The notes: generated from the sequence alone by a model not told the origin. 63,743 bases of DNA, filler included, from Octopus bimaculoides (GCF_001194135.2; 4 parts of 4 records of this genome joined end to end with filler, not necessarily neighbours in it), one strand, 5' to 3'. Positions 42,411-53,498 are shown, counted from the whole stretch's first letter. Program-made: numbers and translations.

Positions 42411-43150
42411 ATTTTTTATGGTCTAAGCCAAACCTTATTTTTTAATGCCATGGTAAGAAATATCTTTTTCTTTCTCTATGAGTCCTACAGATGAGAATTT
42501 AAAAAAAAAACGTTTCTGGATTTTTTTTTCCTTCTCCAATTCAAACTTAAGTGAAATTACCAAAAAATAAAAAAAGTAGAGAGGAAATAAAATTTCTTTA
42601 TTTTTGTTTTTAATTAGTTTTCATTTATTTGTTATTTAATTTTATTTAGTGTCTTTCTTTGATAATTCTTTGCTTTTGCTTTCAATTCTGATAATAAAAT
42701 CATCAGTTTAATAGGACACCTCTGTTATCAATGTAATGGGTTGGATGGTGGAGGAATATAAAACCAAATACAAACTGATAAGAAGAAGATAACCATGTAA
42801 CCTTGAATTAATCTTTTGCCAGCTCTTCAAGAGTTGGTGGAAACCTGTTGCATACTATTCATTTCTCTAAGTAGAGAGAGAAGGAGGAGGAGGAGGAGGA
42901 GGAGAAGGAAATGCATTTCTTTATTTCTAAACATTTAAAGGAATAAAACCCTCCTACCTCCTCAGTGCCTCAAAGAGGTAACCGGAGAGGAGGTACATCC
43001 TGTTAATGGAATTCTGAGCACTGACATTGATATGAAAAATCAAAAACATTTTATTCAAAAACCTTATGACTACTTATGTGACCTCACAAACAAGGAAGAT
43101 GACAAAAAGTTAACAAAGAAGTTAAATATAGTACATGAAACTGTAATATG

Positions 43151-43193
<43 letters not shown>

Positions 43194-43302
43194 TATATAT
43201 ATATATATTAATAAATTATAGGGTAGCAAAAAAATTTTAGAAATTTTATTTACCACCAGTGGTCTAGCGAGAGTAAAAAACAGTCAATAGACTATGTATT
43301 AT

Positions 43303-43388
43303 TCATTTAAAATGCAGAGATGCCTATAATAGGACATCTAACCTGCGGGTTAGATGTCCTATTATAGGCATCTCTGCATTTTAAATGA
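43303..43388. repeat. Perfect 41-bp inverted repeat with 4-nt loop
   Basis: tcatttaaaatgcagagatgcctataataggacatctaacc-tgcg-ggttagatgtcctattataggcatctctgcattttaaatga. Confidence 0.97.
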
Positions 43389-43793
43389 CAGGAAGAAGCT
43401 GCCTGACTCAGCTCTTACAACACTGACTGGGTGCTGAAACAGCTACTTAACCACTCAAATGTGGAAGTGATATATCTCGACTTTGCAAAGGCCTTTGATA
43501 AAGTCGATCATGGAATGATATGTCACAAACTGCGTGATCTCGGCATAGTTGGAAAATTGGGAGAATGGCTTCATGACTTTCTGAAGGATAGAAGTCAGGT
43601 GGTAGTAGCCAATGGGGCCACCTCCAAGGATACACAAATAGTGAGCGGTGTTCCGCAAGGCACTGTTTTGGGACCACTACTGTTCATAATGGCCCTCTCA
43701 GACATGCCCTCAGTCACACAGAAAGCCACGGTCACAAGTTATGCAGATGACACAAAAGTCTCACAGGTAATACAGAACCCTGAAGACACTATG
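43389..43793 (+). mobile_element. 5'-truncated non-LTR retrotransposon (CR1/L2/Jockey-like) reverse transcriptase fragment
   Basis: GRSCLTQLL at 43391, one frameshift, then VIYLDFAKAFDKVDH...SGVPQGTVLGPLLF...SYADDTKV. These are standard LINE RT motifs. Runs into the gap at 43794. Confidence 0.93.
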
Positions 43794-43893
43794 NNNNNNN
43801 NNNNNNNNNNNNNNNNNNNNNNNNNNNNNNNNNNNNNTTAATTAATTAANNNNNNNNNNNNNNNNNNNNNNNNNNNNNNNNNNNNNNNNNNNN
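43794..43893. other. Assembly join: 44 N + TTAATTAATTAA + 44 N
   Basis: Same cassette as 25642-25741. Confidence 0.93.
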
Positions 43894-43904
43894 ACACACA
43901 AAAG

Positions 43905-44134
43905 GTGGCGAGCTGGCAGAAACGTTAGCACGCCGGGCGAAATGCTTAGCGGTATTTCGTCTGCCGCTACGTTCTGAGTTCAAATTTCGCCGAGGTCGAC
44001 TTTGCCTTTCATCCTTTCGGGGTTGATTAAATAAGTACCAGTTACGCACTGGAGTCGATATAATCGACTTAATCCGTTTGTCTGTCCTTGTTTGTCCCCT
44101 CTGTGTGTAGCCCCTTGTGGGTAGTAAAGAAATA
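43905..44134 (+). mobile_element. SINE family A, full-length young copy (tRNA-type head, long tail)
   Basis: ggtggcgagctggcagaaacgttagcacgccgggcg...gagttcaaat (B-box-like)...gcctttcatcctttcggggt...gtaaagaaata. TSD-like acacacaaaag / acacacataag. Confidence 0.9.
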
Positions 44135-44397
44135 ACACACATAAGATGCGAGGAGTTTTTCGTCAGGGTGATTCAAACTAATAGGAATAAACTCCGAGTG
44201 CTCAAAGAATTATGCCACAACCCAACCTGAAGTTTTGACATCTGCTTGATTAATCTCTTGTCTGTTTTTAAACTCGGGCTCCCTAATCTCTCTCAGGGCA
44301 GGAATGCTCACCCCTCGCCGTACGGATTAGTATACAAAGCTCTTATCTACCTATATTTCTCCCACCTCGATGTACTATATATACATACATACATACA

Positions 44398-45225
44398 TAA
44401 CCCCCTGTCGAGATTTGAAACCATTCTTAAATTTCTTCTAACCCCACTCACCAAACTTTGAAACCATTCTTAAATTTCTTCTAACCCCCTCGCCAAAATT
44501 TGAGACCATTCTTAAATTTCTTCTAACCCCCTCGCCAAACTTTGAAACCATTCTTAAATTTCTTCTTNNNNNNNNNNNNNNNNNNNNNNNNNNNNNNNNN
44601 NNNNNNNNNNNNNNNNNNNNNNNNNNNNNNNNNNNNNNNNNNNNNNNNNNNNNNNNNNNNNNNNNNNNNNNNNNNNNNNNNNNNNNNNNNNNNNNNNNNN
44701 NNNNNNNNNNNNNNNNNNNNNNNNNNNNNNNNNNNNNNNNNNNNNNNNNNNNNNNNNNNNNNNNNNNNNNNNNNNNNNNNNNNNNNNNNNNNNNNNNNNN
44801 NNNNNNNNNNNNNNNNNNNNNNNNNNNNNNNNNNNNNNNNNNNNNNNNNNNNNNNNNNNNNNNNNNNNNNNNNNNNNNNNNNNNNNNNNNNNNNNNNNNN
44901 NNNNNNNNNNNNNNNNNNNNNNNNNNNNNNNNNNNNNNNNNNNNNNNNNNNNNNNNNNNNNNNNNNNNNNNNNNNNNNNNNNNNNNNNNNNNNNNNNNNN
45001 NNNNNNNNNNNNNNNNNNNNNNNNNNNNNNNNNNNNNNNNNNNNNNNNNNNNNNNNNNNNNNNNACCAAACTTTGAAACCATTCTTAAATTTCTTCTAAC
45101 CCCCTCGCCAAAATTTGAGACCATTCTTAAATTTCTTCTAACCCCCTCGCCAAACTTTGAAACCATTCTTAAATTTCTTCTAACCCCCTCGCCAAACTTT
45201 GAAACCATTCTTAAATTTCTTCTTC
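44398..45225. repeat. 42-bp minisatellite array with a central N gap at 44568-45064
   Basis: Unit gaaaccattcttaaatttcttctaaccccctcgccaaacttt. About 4 units visible on each side of the gap; ends about 22 nt before the P450 exon. Confidence 0.97.
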
Positions 45226-45247
45226 CACCCATTTCTATCCTTTCCAG

Positions 45248-45457
45248 GAAACATTATCCGAAGACAACGTACGGGATCTACTCGATTTCCTTCTCTTAGA
45301 ACAGAAGAAAGCCAAAGAGGAGGGTAACGAAGAAGTACAGACATTCCTCAGCGACAACACAATAGGGCATATTGTATACGAACTGTTCGGCGGTGGCATT
45401 GAGTCTACCACGATGACCATTCTATGGTTTATAATCTATCTACTGCACAACCCAGAG
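45248..45457 (+). CDS. CYP17-like: Cytochrome P450 (CYP17-like) internal exon containing the I-helix; equivalent to vertebrate CYP17A1 exon 5
   Basis: Acceptor ctatcctttccag|, donor cccagag|gtaagt. 210 nt, phase 0/0, open frame ETLSEDNVRDLLDFLLLEQKKAKEEGNEEVQTFLSDNTIGHIVYELFGGGIESTTMTILWFIIYLLHNPE. Matches the clan-2 P450 I-helix pattern (D/E)xFGAGxETT..W...LLHxP. Confidence 0.95.
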
Positions 45458-45464
45458 GTAAGTC

Positions 45465-45510
<46 letters not shown>

Positions 45511-45566
45511 CACATACGCACACACATATATATTCCTGTGTGTGTGTGTGTGTGTGTTTTATCTCT

Positions 45567-45915
45567 TATCGTTTATCGTTTACTTGTTTCAGTTATCTGT
45601 CTGCGGCCATGCCGGAGCACCGCCTTGGAGGGTTTTGGTCGAACAAACCGACTCCAGGTCTCATTTTCTAAAGCCTAGTGCTCATTCTATCGGTTTCTTT
45701 TGGCCGAATCGCTAAGTTAAGGGGACGTAAACACACCAACACCGGTTGTCAAGTGGGGTGGGGAAACAAGCGAAGACACACATAGGTATGTACATACATA
45801 CATACATACTTACATACGGGCTTCTTTCAATATAGACATAGTAGAAGACACTTGCCCAAGATGCTACGCAGCGGGACTGAACCTGGAACCACGTGGTTGG
45901 GACACGCGCCCACAA
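45567..45915 (-). mobile_element. SINE family B in P450 intron
   Basis: tacttgtttcag...gcggccatgccggagcaccgcc...gctaagttaaggggacgtaaacacacc...(TACA)n...gacacttgcccaagatgctacgcagcgggactgaacc. Confidence 0.85.
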
Positions 45916-45953
45916 ACATATTCCTTCATACACATATAATCTTTCGCTTTCTT

Positions 45954-46004
<51 letters not shown>

Positions 46005-46426
46005 AAGTATGAGGACAATTTATACTCCAATACAATACAATCCAGCCACCGGTTCAACTACCACCTTATCACTACCATCAACAACAACTTCACTATCAAC
46101 ATCATCACCAACACCATTCCCACGCCAAATATCTTCTATTTTGAGTGCCAACAACGAAAGCCACTACACTGTTGCCTGTCCTGCTTGAAATAGCAGCTAA
46201 AATTCCCACAAGCTATACCCTACAGTCTTAGAATATAACCTAATAGGTAATGTGCTTCTGAATCTCTGAACATGAGAATCGACGAGAGTGTCACAATTGG
46301 AATACTTGTGAGCATCAGTCTACCAATCTGCTCAACTAGGATTAACTTAGGACTACCGATTTATCGTTTCGATAATTTATTATTAAGTATTGATTGTTTA
46401 TTTTTGTCGTTTTGTTTCGTTTACAG

Positions 46427-46596
46427 TGGCAAGAAATTATATCTGAGGAAGTGCGACTAAGAATTGAAACCACAGGACCTTTATCTCCTTTTGATCGCAA
46501 CTGTTGTCCAAACTTAGACGCAGCCATCAAGGAAACATTAAGATTGGCATCTGTATTGCCTCTCGGTTTCCCACACAGATTAATGAAAGACACCAC
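46427..46596 (+). CDS. CYP17-like: CYP17-like exon containing the K-helix ExxR; equivalent to CYP17A1 exon 6
   Basis: Acceptor tttgtttcgtttacag|, donor caccac|gtgagt. 170 nt, phase 0/2, WQEIISEEVRLRIETTGPLSPFDRNCCPNLDAAIKETLRLASVLPLGFPHRLMKDT. Contains the KETLR motif. Confidence 0.96.
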
Positions 46597-47092
46597 GTGA
46601 GTAATTTTGCTTGTCCATTTTATATCATTGGTTAGCCAGGTGAGAAAGGGCAGCTTTCCCATGTCCCTTTTCCAGGAACTCTTTGAGCGGAAACTAGCCT
46701 TAGTTATAGAGTTGGCCATCTGAATGCTTGCAACGGAGGGAACTCAGTGATAGAGACCTTGAAGAACCAGTTGGTGGCGTTCAAAGTAGACTAATAAATT
46801 AATTCAGTTGTGGTCCGCTGAATCCCAAGCTGGGACCCAATGCTGGGTCCTTATCTGAGATTCAGAAGACGGCATCTTTTGGTATTATGTAGTACCGTCC
46901 AGTTCGGTGGTTGGTATAGCTTTTAATTCCAACGTTGAGAGATAGACCTTGCAGGATCATCCATATGTATATGTATATGTATATGTATATAGATAGATAG
47001 ATAGAGAGAGATGTCTGTATGTACAAGTGTGTTTATATGTATATATGTATATATATGTGTGTGTGTGTATATATAGATATATATATATATCG

Positions 47093-47131
<39 letters not shown>

Positions 47132-48621
47132 NNNNNNNNNNNNNNNNNNNNNNNNNNNNNNNNNNNNNNNNNNNNNATACTACATACACACACACAAACA
47201 CATATACACAAGAATTACGGAATGGAGTTGGTAAGATCCAGGTTACATATGTTTCATAGCTGGTGGAGCCTCAGAAATGGTAAAAAAAAATCCAAGCGAG
47301 TGGTATACCACCGGCTACTCTTCAGGCCAAGGATATCTTGATTGAATTAGGGGTTACACTGTCGCGAGGAGATTACATGTTGACGCATGGAAGATTCTGG
47401 TGCACAAACGCACACTCTATACACATTTATCTATATATGTGGTTATATCTGATTAGGTATTTCTGTCAATAACCTAAATACGTATACAAATTCACGCGCG
47501 CACACACACACATGCGGATCATACAATGACACAAAAAAAAGACAACTAATAAAGAGAGATGTGATCATTAGCGAGGTACTAGTATCGTCAATGTCAATAA
47601 GCTGCCTTCTCTTTATTCCGGCACTTCTACAGTTAATGCTAACCGCCTCCACCTCCTCCTCACCTCCCACTCTTTTTTTCCTCAGTCCTCCGCAGCCTCC
47701 TCCTTCCGCTCTCCTCCTCTACTGCCACTTCTAGTGTGTCTCCTCCCTTTCATCGACTCCTTTGTGTGGACGGTCTGCTGGCTGGCATCCCTGGGTTAGC
47801 AAAAAAGAAAAAAGAAAAAAAAAAAGATCTATTGAAATTTGTGTGTGTGTGTGTGTGTGCGTGCGTATGTGTGTGTGTGTCTGTGTGTGAGTGTGTGTGT
47901 GCACATACATACACACATATATAAATAAATGTGTGTGTGTGTGAGTGAGTACGCATATATATATAATGTATACGCATATAGACATTTATATATCTATACA
48001 TACGTATATATATATGTATATATATGTATATATATATGTATATATATATGTATATATATATGTATGTATATACATATATATATGTATATAGCTATGTATA
48101 CAAATATATGTATGTGTGTCATTATATGCAGATATGTATTTGTGTGTGTGTGTGTGCATAGACACATACTTATACTATATCTAATATAAAACACACACAA
48201 CCACATATACATACATTCGTACATAAATGTTCTAACTATATAGAGCATTATGCCTCTGCGATACTAGTGTTCCGCAGTTCTCAAACTACCCGACCGTCCC
48301 ATCACATCCTTTGTCAACGTACCCGTGGAATGGAAATAGATGGTGGCGATTGGCATATAGTGTATATATATATACCCATATGTACATGCCAAATTATACC
48401 CCACCAATCATTATCATCCGTCATATTCACTAAGCACACTGGAACTCTTGTCCTGCGTAGAAACACAAACATCATTTTCTTTACACATATATGTCATACG
48501 TGTGACATGTGTGTGTGTGTGTGTGTACATATAGAAAATCTAGGAAATCTACAGCAAAGTCCAAAGGATGTTCACAGCTACTTTTTAAAGTTGACACTCG
48601 AAAGAAGGGATATAGATACAG

Positions 48622-48658
48622 AGTATAACGTTTCGGTTATAGTCCTTCATCAGATACT
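48622..48658 (-). ncRNA. Minimal type I hammerhead ribozyme inside the P450 intron (antisense)
   Basis: Minus strand reads AGUAU-CUGAUGA-A-GGACUAUAACC-GAAACGUU-AUACU. Perfect 5-bp stem I, intact core, palindromic ACGU stem III, weak 2-bp stem II. Confidence 0.75.
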
Positions 48659-48805
48659 AGAAGAAAGCTCACGAAAAGACATGGAAGAAAGGAAAGGAGA
48701 TGAAAATTAAAAAAAAGAAGAAGAGAGATGAAAAAAAACGCACGTGTGTTAGATTCATGCGCTCAATCTATGAGGTGTATGTGTGTGGGTGTATGAATAT
48801 ATTCT

Positions 48806-48980
48806 TCTATTTGTTTCCGTCATTTGCTTGCGGCCATGCTGGAGCACGACCTTTAGTTGAACAAATCGACTCCAGGACTTATTCTTTGTAAGCCTAGTAC
48901 TTATTCTATAGGGCCCTTTTGCCGAACCGCTATGTTACGGGGGCGTAAGCACACCAGCATCGGTTGTCAAGCAATATTGG
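48806..48980 (-). mobile_element. SINE family B tail in P450 intron
   Basis: gcggccatgctggagcac...gccgaaccgctatgttacggg...gcatcggttgtcaagc. Confidence 0.82.
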
Positions 48981-49091
48981 TNNNNNNNNNNATATATATA
49001 TATATATATATATATAGATAGATAGGTAGGTAGAGAGAGGGGGAGAGATAAATAGATAGATATAGATAAATAGGCAAACAGACACACACAC

Positions 49092-49122
<31 letters not shown>

Positions 49123-49539
49123 CATGTATGTTTGTCTTTCAGTCTATCGTCAGTCTATCTATCTCACTCCATCTATTTGTCTATCTGTCTGTCTCTCTGT
49201 CTGTCTATCTGTCTATTTTCATTTCTATCTGTTAACCGATCTATCTAATAGCATAATGAGTCACCCGAATGAATCCTTAGGTAGTCGGTAGTTTCCCCAA
49301 GTAGAATAAGAGTGGCGGAACTTGTGAGATAAATGTAGGAGACGAGGACAAGGAAAAAAGGACAAACCTCTCTCATTCTCCCCACTCACCCACTCAAAAA
49401 AAATACAAAAAAAGCCTCTGTGAGTATCACTTAAAGTCACTAATCGCCATTATATCGGATTGGAGTGCTCGAGATGATGGCTGTCGTCTGCCTTATCGTC
49501 TGACTCGCCTTTTGTAAGCCCTTTGTCGTTATTGCTCTT

Positions 49540-49673
49540 CTGGTGGCTGTCATCGTCGCTTTGTCCTTCTTTCTTTTCATTTCATTCTTTCCTCTTTTTA
49601 TTTGGTTCTTTTACCTTTTCTTTTCCTTCATTTTTTTTCTTTCCTCTCCTCTCCTTCATCTCTCATTCTCACT

Positions 49674-49714
<41 letters not shown>

Positions 49715-50390
49715 TTCTCTCTTCGTGTTCTTTCCTCATGATTAAATGTTTTTCATTCATGTGTTTCCTTCATTTCTTTCACTACGCTCGTTCGTTACCA
49801 ATTTCTTCTTTCTTCTTTTTCTTGGCTGTGTTATTTTTTTCTTCACACCCTCATTTGTTTTTATCAAGCATTTCTATCTCCGCCTCTCTCTTTCTATCTC
49901 TCTCACTTTCCTTCTTTCTCTCTCTTCCCCTCTCTTTCCAAATCTCTTTCTCACTCTCTCTCTTTCTTCTCCTCTCTTTCTCCCTCCCTCTCTCCCTTTC
50001 TCTTACTCTCCCTCTCACCTCCACTCTTTCACTCTCTCTCTCTCACTCTCCTCTCTTCCCCCCCCCCTCTATATCCCTCTCATTCCTTCTCTTTCTGTTT
50101 TTAGCCCATTCTTCTCGTCCTCAACTTTCTGTCTTCTATATTTCTTTTTCTTTTCAGCTTCTAATAATCCTTTTCCTCCTTCTTCGTCGTCTCCTCCTTC
50201 TTCGTCGTCTCCTCCTCCTNNNNNNNNNNNNNNNNNNNNNNNNNNNNNNNNNNNNNNNNNNNNNNNNNNNNNNNNNNNNNNNNNNNNNNNNNNNNNNNNN
50301 NNNNNNNNNNNNNNNNNNNNNNNNNNNNNNNNNNNNNNNNNNNNNCCTCCCCTCCTCCCCTCCTCCTCCTCCTCCTCCTCCTCCTCCTGT
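49540..50390. repeat. About 850-bp polypyrimidine low-complexity tract in P450 intron
   Basis: CT/CTT/CCT-rich, with a gap at 50220-50345. Confidence 0.9.
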
Positions 50391-50428
50391 GCCGATAGTA
50401 GAAAGGATTATTGTTATTATCATCATCA

Positions 50429-50459
<31 letters not shown>

Positions 50460-50483
50460 CATCATCATTATTATTATTATTAT

Positions 50484-50632
50484 TGAGCTGGCCGAATCGT
50501 TAGCACGCCGGGCGAAATGCTTGGCAGTATTTCGTCTGTCGCTACGCTCTGAGTTCAAATTCCACCGTGGTCAATGTAATCGACTAGTCACCTCCTCCAA
50601 AATTTCAAGGCCTTGTGCCTTCAGTATAAAAG

Positions 50633-50635
<3 letters not shown>
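50484..50635 (+). mobile_element. SINE family A with internal deletion, in P450 intron
   Basis: Intact head gagctggccgaatcgttagcacgccgggcgaaatgc joins ggtcaatgtaatcgact directly; the central ctttcatcc segment is missing. Confidence 0.8.
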
Positions 50636-50673
<38 letters not shown>

Positions 50674-50721
50674 GTTACTGATGGTGTCAATCATGTTTGT
50701 TTATTCATTTGTGTATTCCAG

Positions 50722-50825
50722 AGTACGGGGGTACCACATTCCTGAAGATAGCATGGTAATACTGAACATCTGGGCAATACACCATGACCCAAATGTATGG
50801 GAAGACTCGTACACGTTCAATCCAC
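50722..50825 (+). CDS. CYP17-like: CYP17-like exon leading into the PxRF meander; equivalent to CYP17A1 exon 7
   Basis: Acceptor gtgtattccag|, donor aatccac|gtgagt. 104 nt, phase 2/1, (T)VRGYHIPEDSMVILNIWAIHHDPNVWEDSYTFNP. Frame-compatible with both neighbouring exons. Confidence 0.96.
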
Positions 50826-50897
50826 GTGAGTATACCAGTGGGGCTAGATTTTTTATTGTTGTTATTGTTGTTGATTAGGTGGCCCGCACACACAACG

Positions 50898-50950
<53 letters not shown>

Positions 50951-50951
50951 A

Positions 50952-51815
<864 letters not shown>

Positions 51816-52022
51816 TTTTTCCTAATAATAATATTGTATACGACTTGAGATGTTTGTCTTGCCTTAACGTTTGTTGTCCTCTTTAACAATTATATATATA
51901 TATATGTATGTATGTAAGTATGTATGTATGTATGTATGCGTATATACGCACACACATTCCATTTCACCCTATTTGTCACTGCTTTAATTAACAAACTTTT
52001 TTCTTCTGCTTTTGTCCAATAG

Positions 52023-52258
52023 GAAGATTCCTGGATCCACAAGATCAAGGCAAGAGTTACCTCCCTTTTGGTTTGGGACATCGAGTTTGTGTCGGCTCCT
52101 CCGTAGCCAAAATGGAAATTTTCATGTTCTGTGCCTACCTAGTAACGAACTTTGTATTCACATGCCCCAAGGGGGAACCACTACCAGACGTTACAGGTCG
52201 AGCTGGTTTGACCATACGGCCAAAACCTTTCAAAATCTGTTTAAAGAGAAGGCTGTGA
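52023..52258 (+). CDS. CYP17-like: CYP17-like terminal coding exon with the heme-binding cysteine; equivalent to CYP17A1 exon 8
   Basis: Acceptor ttttgtccaatag|, phase 1, (R)RFLDPQDQGKSYLPFGLGHRVCVGSSVAKMEIFMFCAYLVTNFVFTCPKGEPLPDVTGRAGLTIRPKPFKICLKRRL*. FxxGxRxCxG with Cys at 52088-52090; TGA at 52256-52258. Confidence 0.97.
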
Positions 52259-52287
52259 TTTCAAAATTCCTTCCGAACTTGAGTAGT

Positions 52288-52319
52288 AATAAAAGTGACA
52301 GAAAGACAATTTAAATAAA
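52288..52319 (+). terminator. Candidate polyadenylation signals of the P450 gene
   Basis: AATAAA at 52288-52293 and 52314-52319, 30-60 nt after the stop codon. Confidence 0.6.
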
Positions 52320-52424
52320 TAAAATATACGCGCACATATTCATGCATCCACACACATACACACATGCATATACATACATACACACATACATACATACATA
52401 TACATATATACACATACATGTGCG

Positions 52425-52457
<33 letters not shown>

Positions 52458-52465
52458 GTATATAT

Positions 52466-52565
52466 NNNNNNNNNNNNNNNNNNNNNNNNNNNNNNNNNNN
52501 NNNNNNNNNTTAATTAATTAANNNNNNNNNNNNNNNNNNNNNNNNNNNNNNNNNNNNNNNNNNNN
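52466..52565. other. Assembly join: 44 N + TTAATTAATTAA + 44 N
   Basis: Same cassette as 25642-25741. Confidence 0.93.
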
Positions 52566-52670
52566 ACACCACCAATTTTTTTTTTCCTTCCTTCCCCCTC
52601 CCAAAAAGAAAAGCTCTACATTGTATTTGTCCCATCTTCGTTGAGCCCTGTGTGGCTAATAAAAGAAATG

Positions 52671-52721
<51 letters not shown>

Positions 52722-52770
52722 TTATCTCTCTTTCTGTCTGTGTGTCTGACTGCCTGACTGTCTGTCTGCC

Positions 52771-52836
<66 letters not shown>

Positions 52837-53348
52837 AATTATGGGGGTGTATGTGTATACATATTTGCATATGTATATATCATCTACATATGTGTATGTC
52901 TATGCGCGTATGTACACACACACATACACATTCATATATATATAGAGAGAGAGAGAGGAAAAGAGAAAGAGAGTGAGGGATGGAAGAGGATTTGTTATGG
53001 CAGTCCGCTACAGGATGTGACCCTCTTGAGGCTTGCAGGTTTTGGTCATACAATGACTCGTTAACGGTGACACATGAAATTAACGCCGTCTGGAAGCTCT
53101 GCTAGTCTTATTACTCATTGTTCTTGGCTGACTGGACTGGAGAAACTTGAAATGATGTCTTGCCCAAGGATATAACCTGTCTCCCTGAGAGAGAATTGAA
53201 TCAATGAATTGAATCAATGTTCAAAAGCTTAGATGCCACTCGGTTATGCGCCTTCACACATACACACACACACGCACACACGTACATACATGCACACACA
53301 CATATACATACATGCAAACAAGCATGTAATACATACATAGATACATAT

Positions 53349-53393
<45 letters not shown>

Positions 53394-53498
53394 CATATTT
53401 AAATAATAAGGATAAAAAAATTGAATATTAATTTCATTAATATCAATTTAAACCTAGCATATTGAAAAAAGTCTGAAGATTCAGAAAAATTATATTAC

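Noticed and set aside
42821-42940. Possible CYP17 exon 3 start (LQELVETCC) after ttttgccag
   Set aside because: The frame runs into an (AGG)n repeat and stops after about 120 nt; no donor at the expected about 230 nt.
44398-45232. 264-aa repeat ORF (GEGVRRNLRMVSKF)n and possible CRISPR-like array
   Set aside because: Head-to-tail 42-bp tandem repeat with no unique spacers. It is open only because the unit is a multiple of 3. Eukaryotic context with no cas genes.
46950-46966. HMDD (YMDD-like) on the minus strand
   Set aside because: Formed at the edge of a (TATATG)n microsatellite; no other RT motifs in frame.
49543-50745. 400-aa ORF rich in F/L/S
   Set aside because: Low-complexity pyrimidine tract plus gap plus SINE inside the P450 intron; it overlaps the real exon in the wrong frame.
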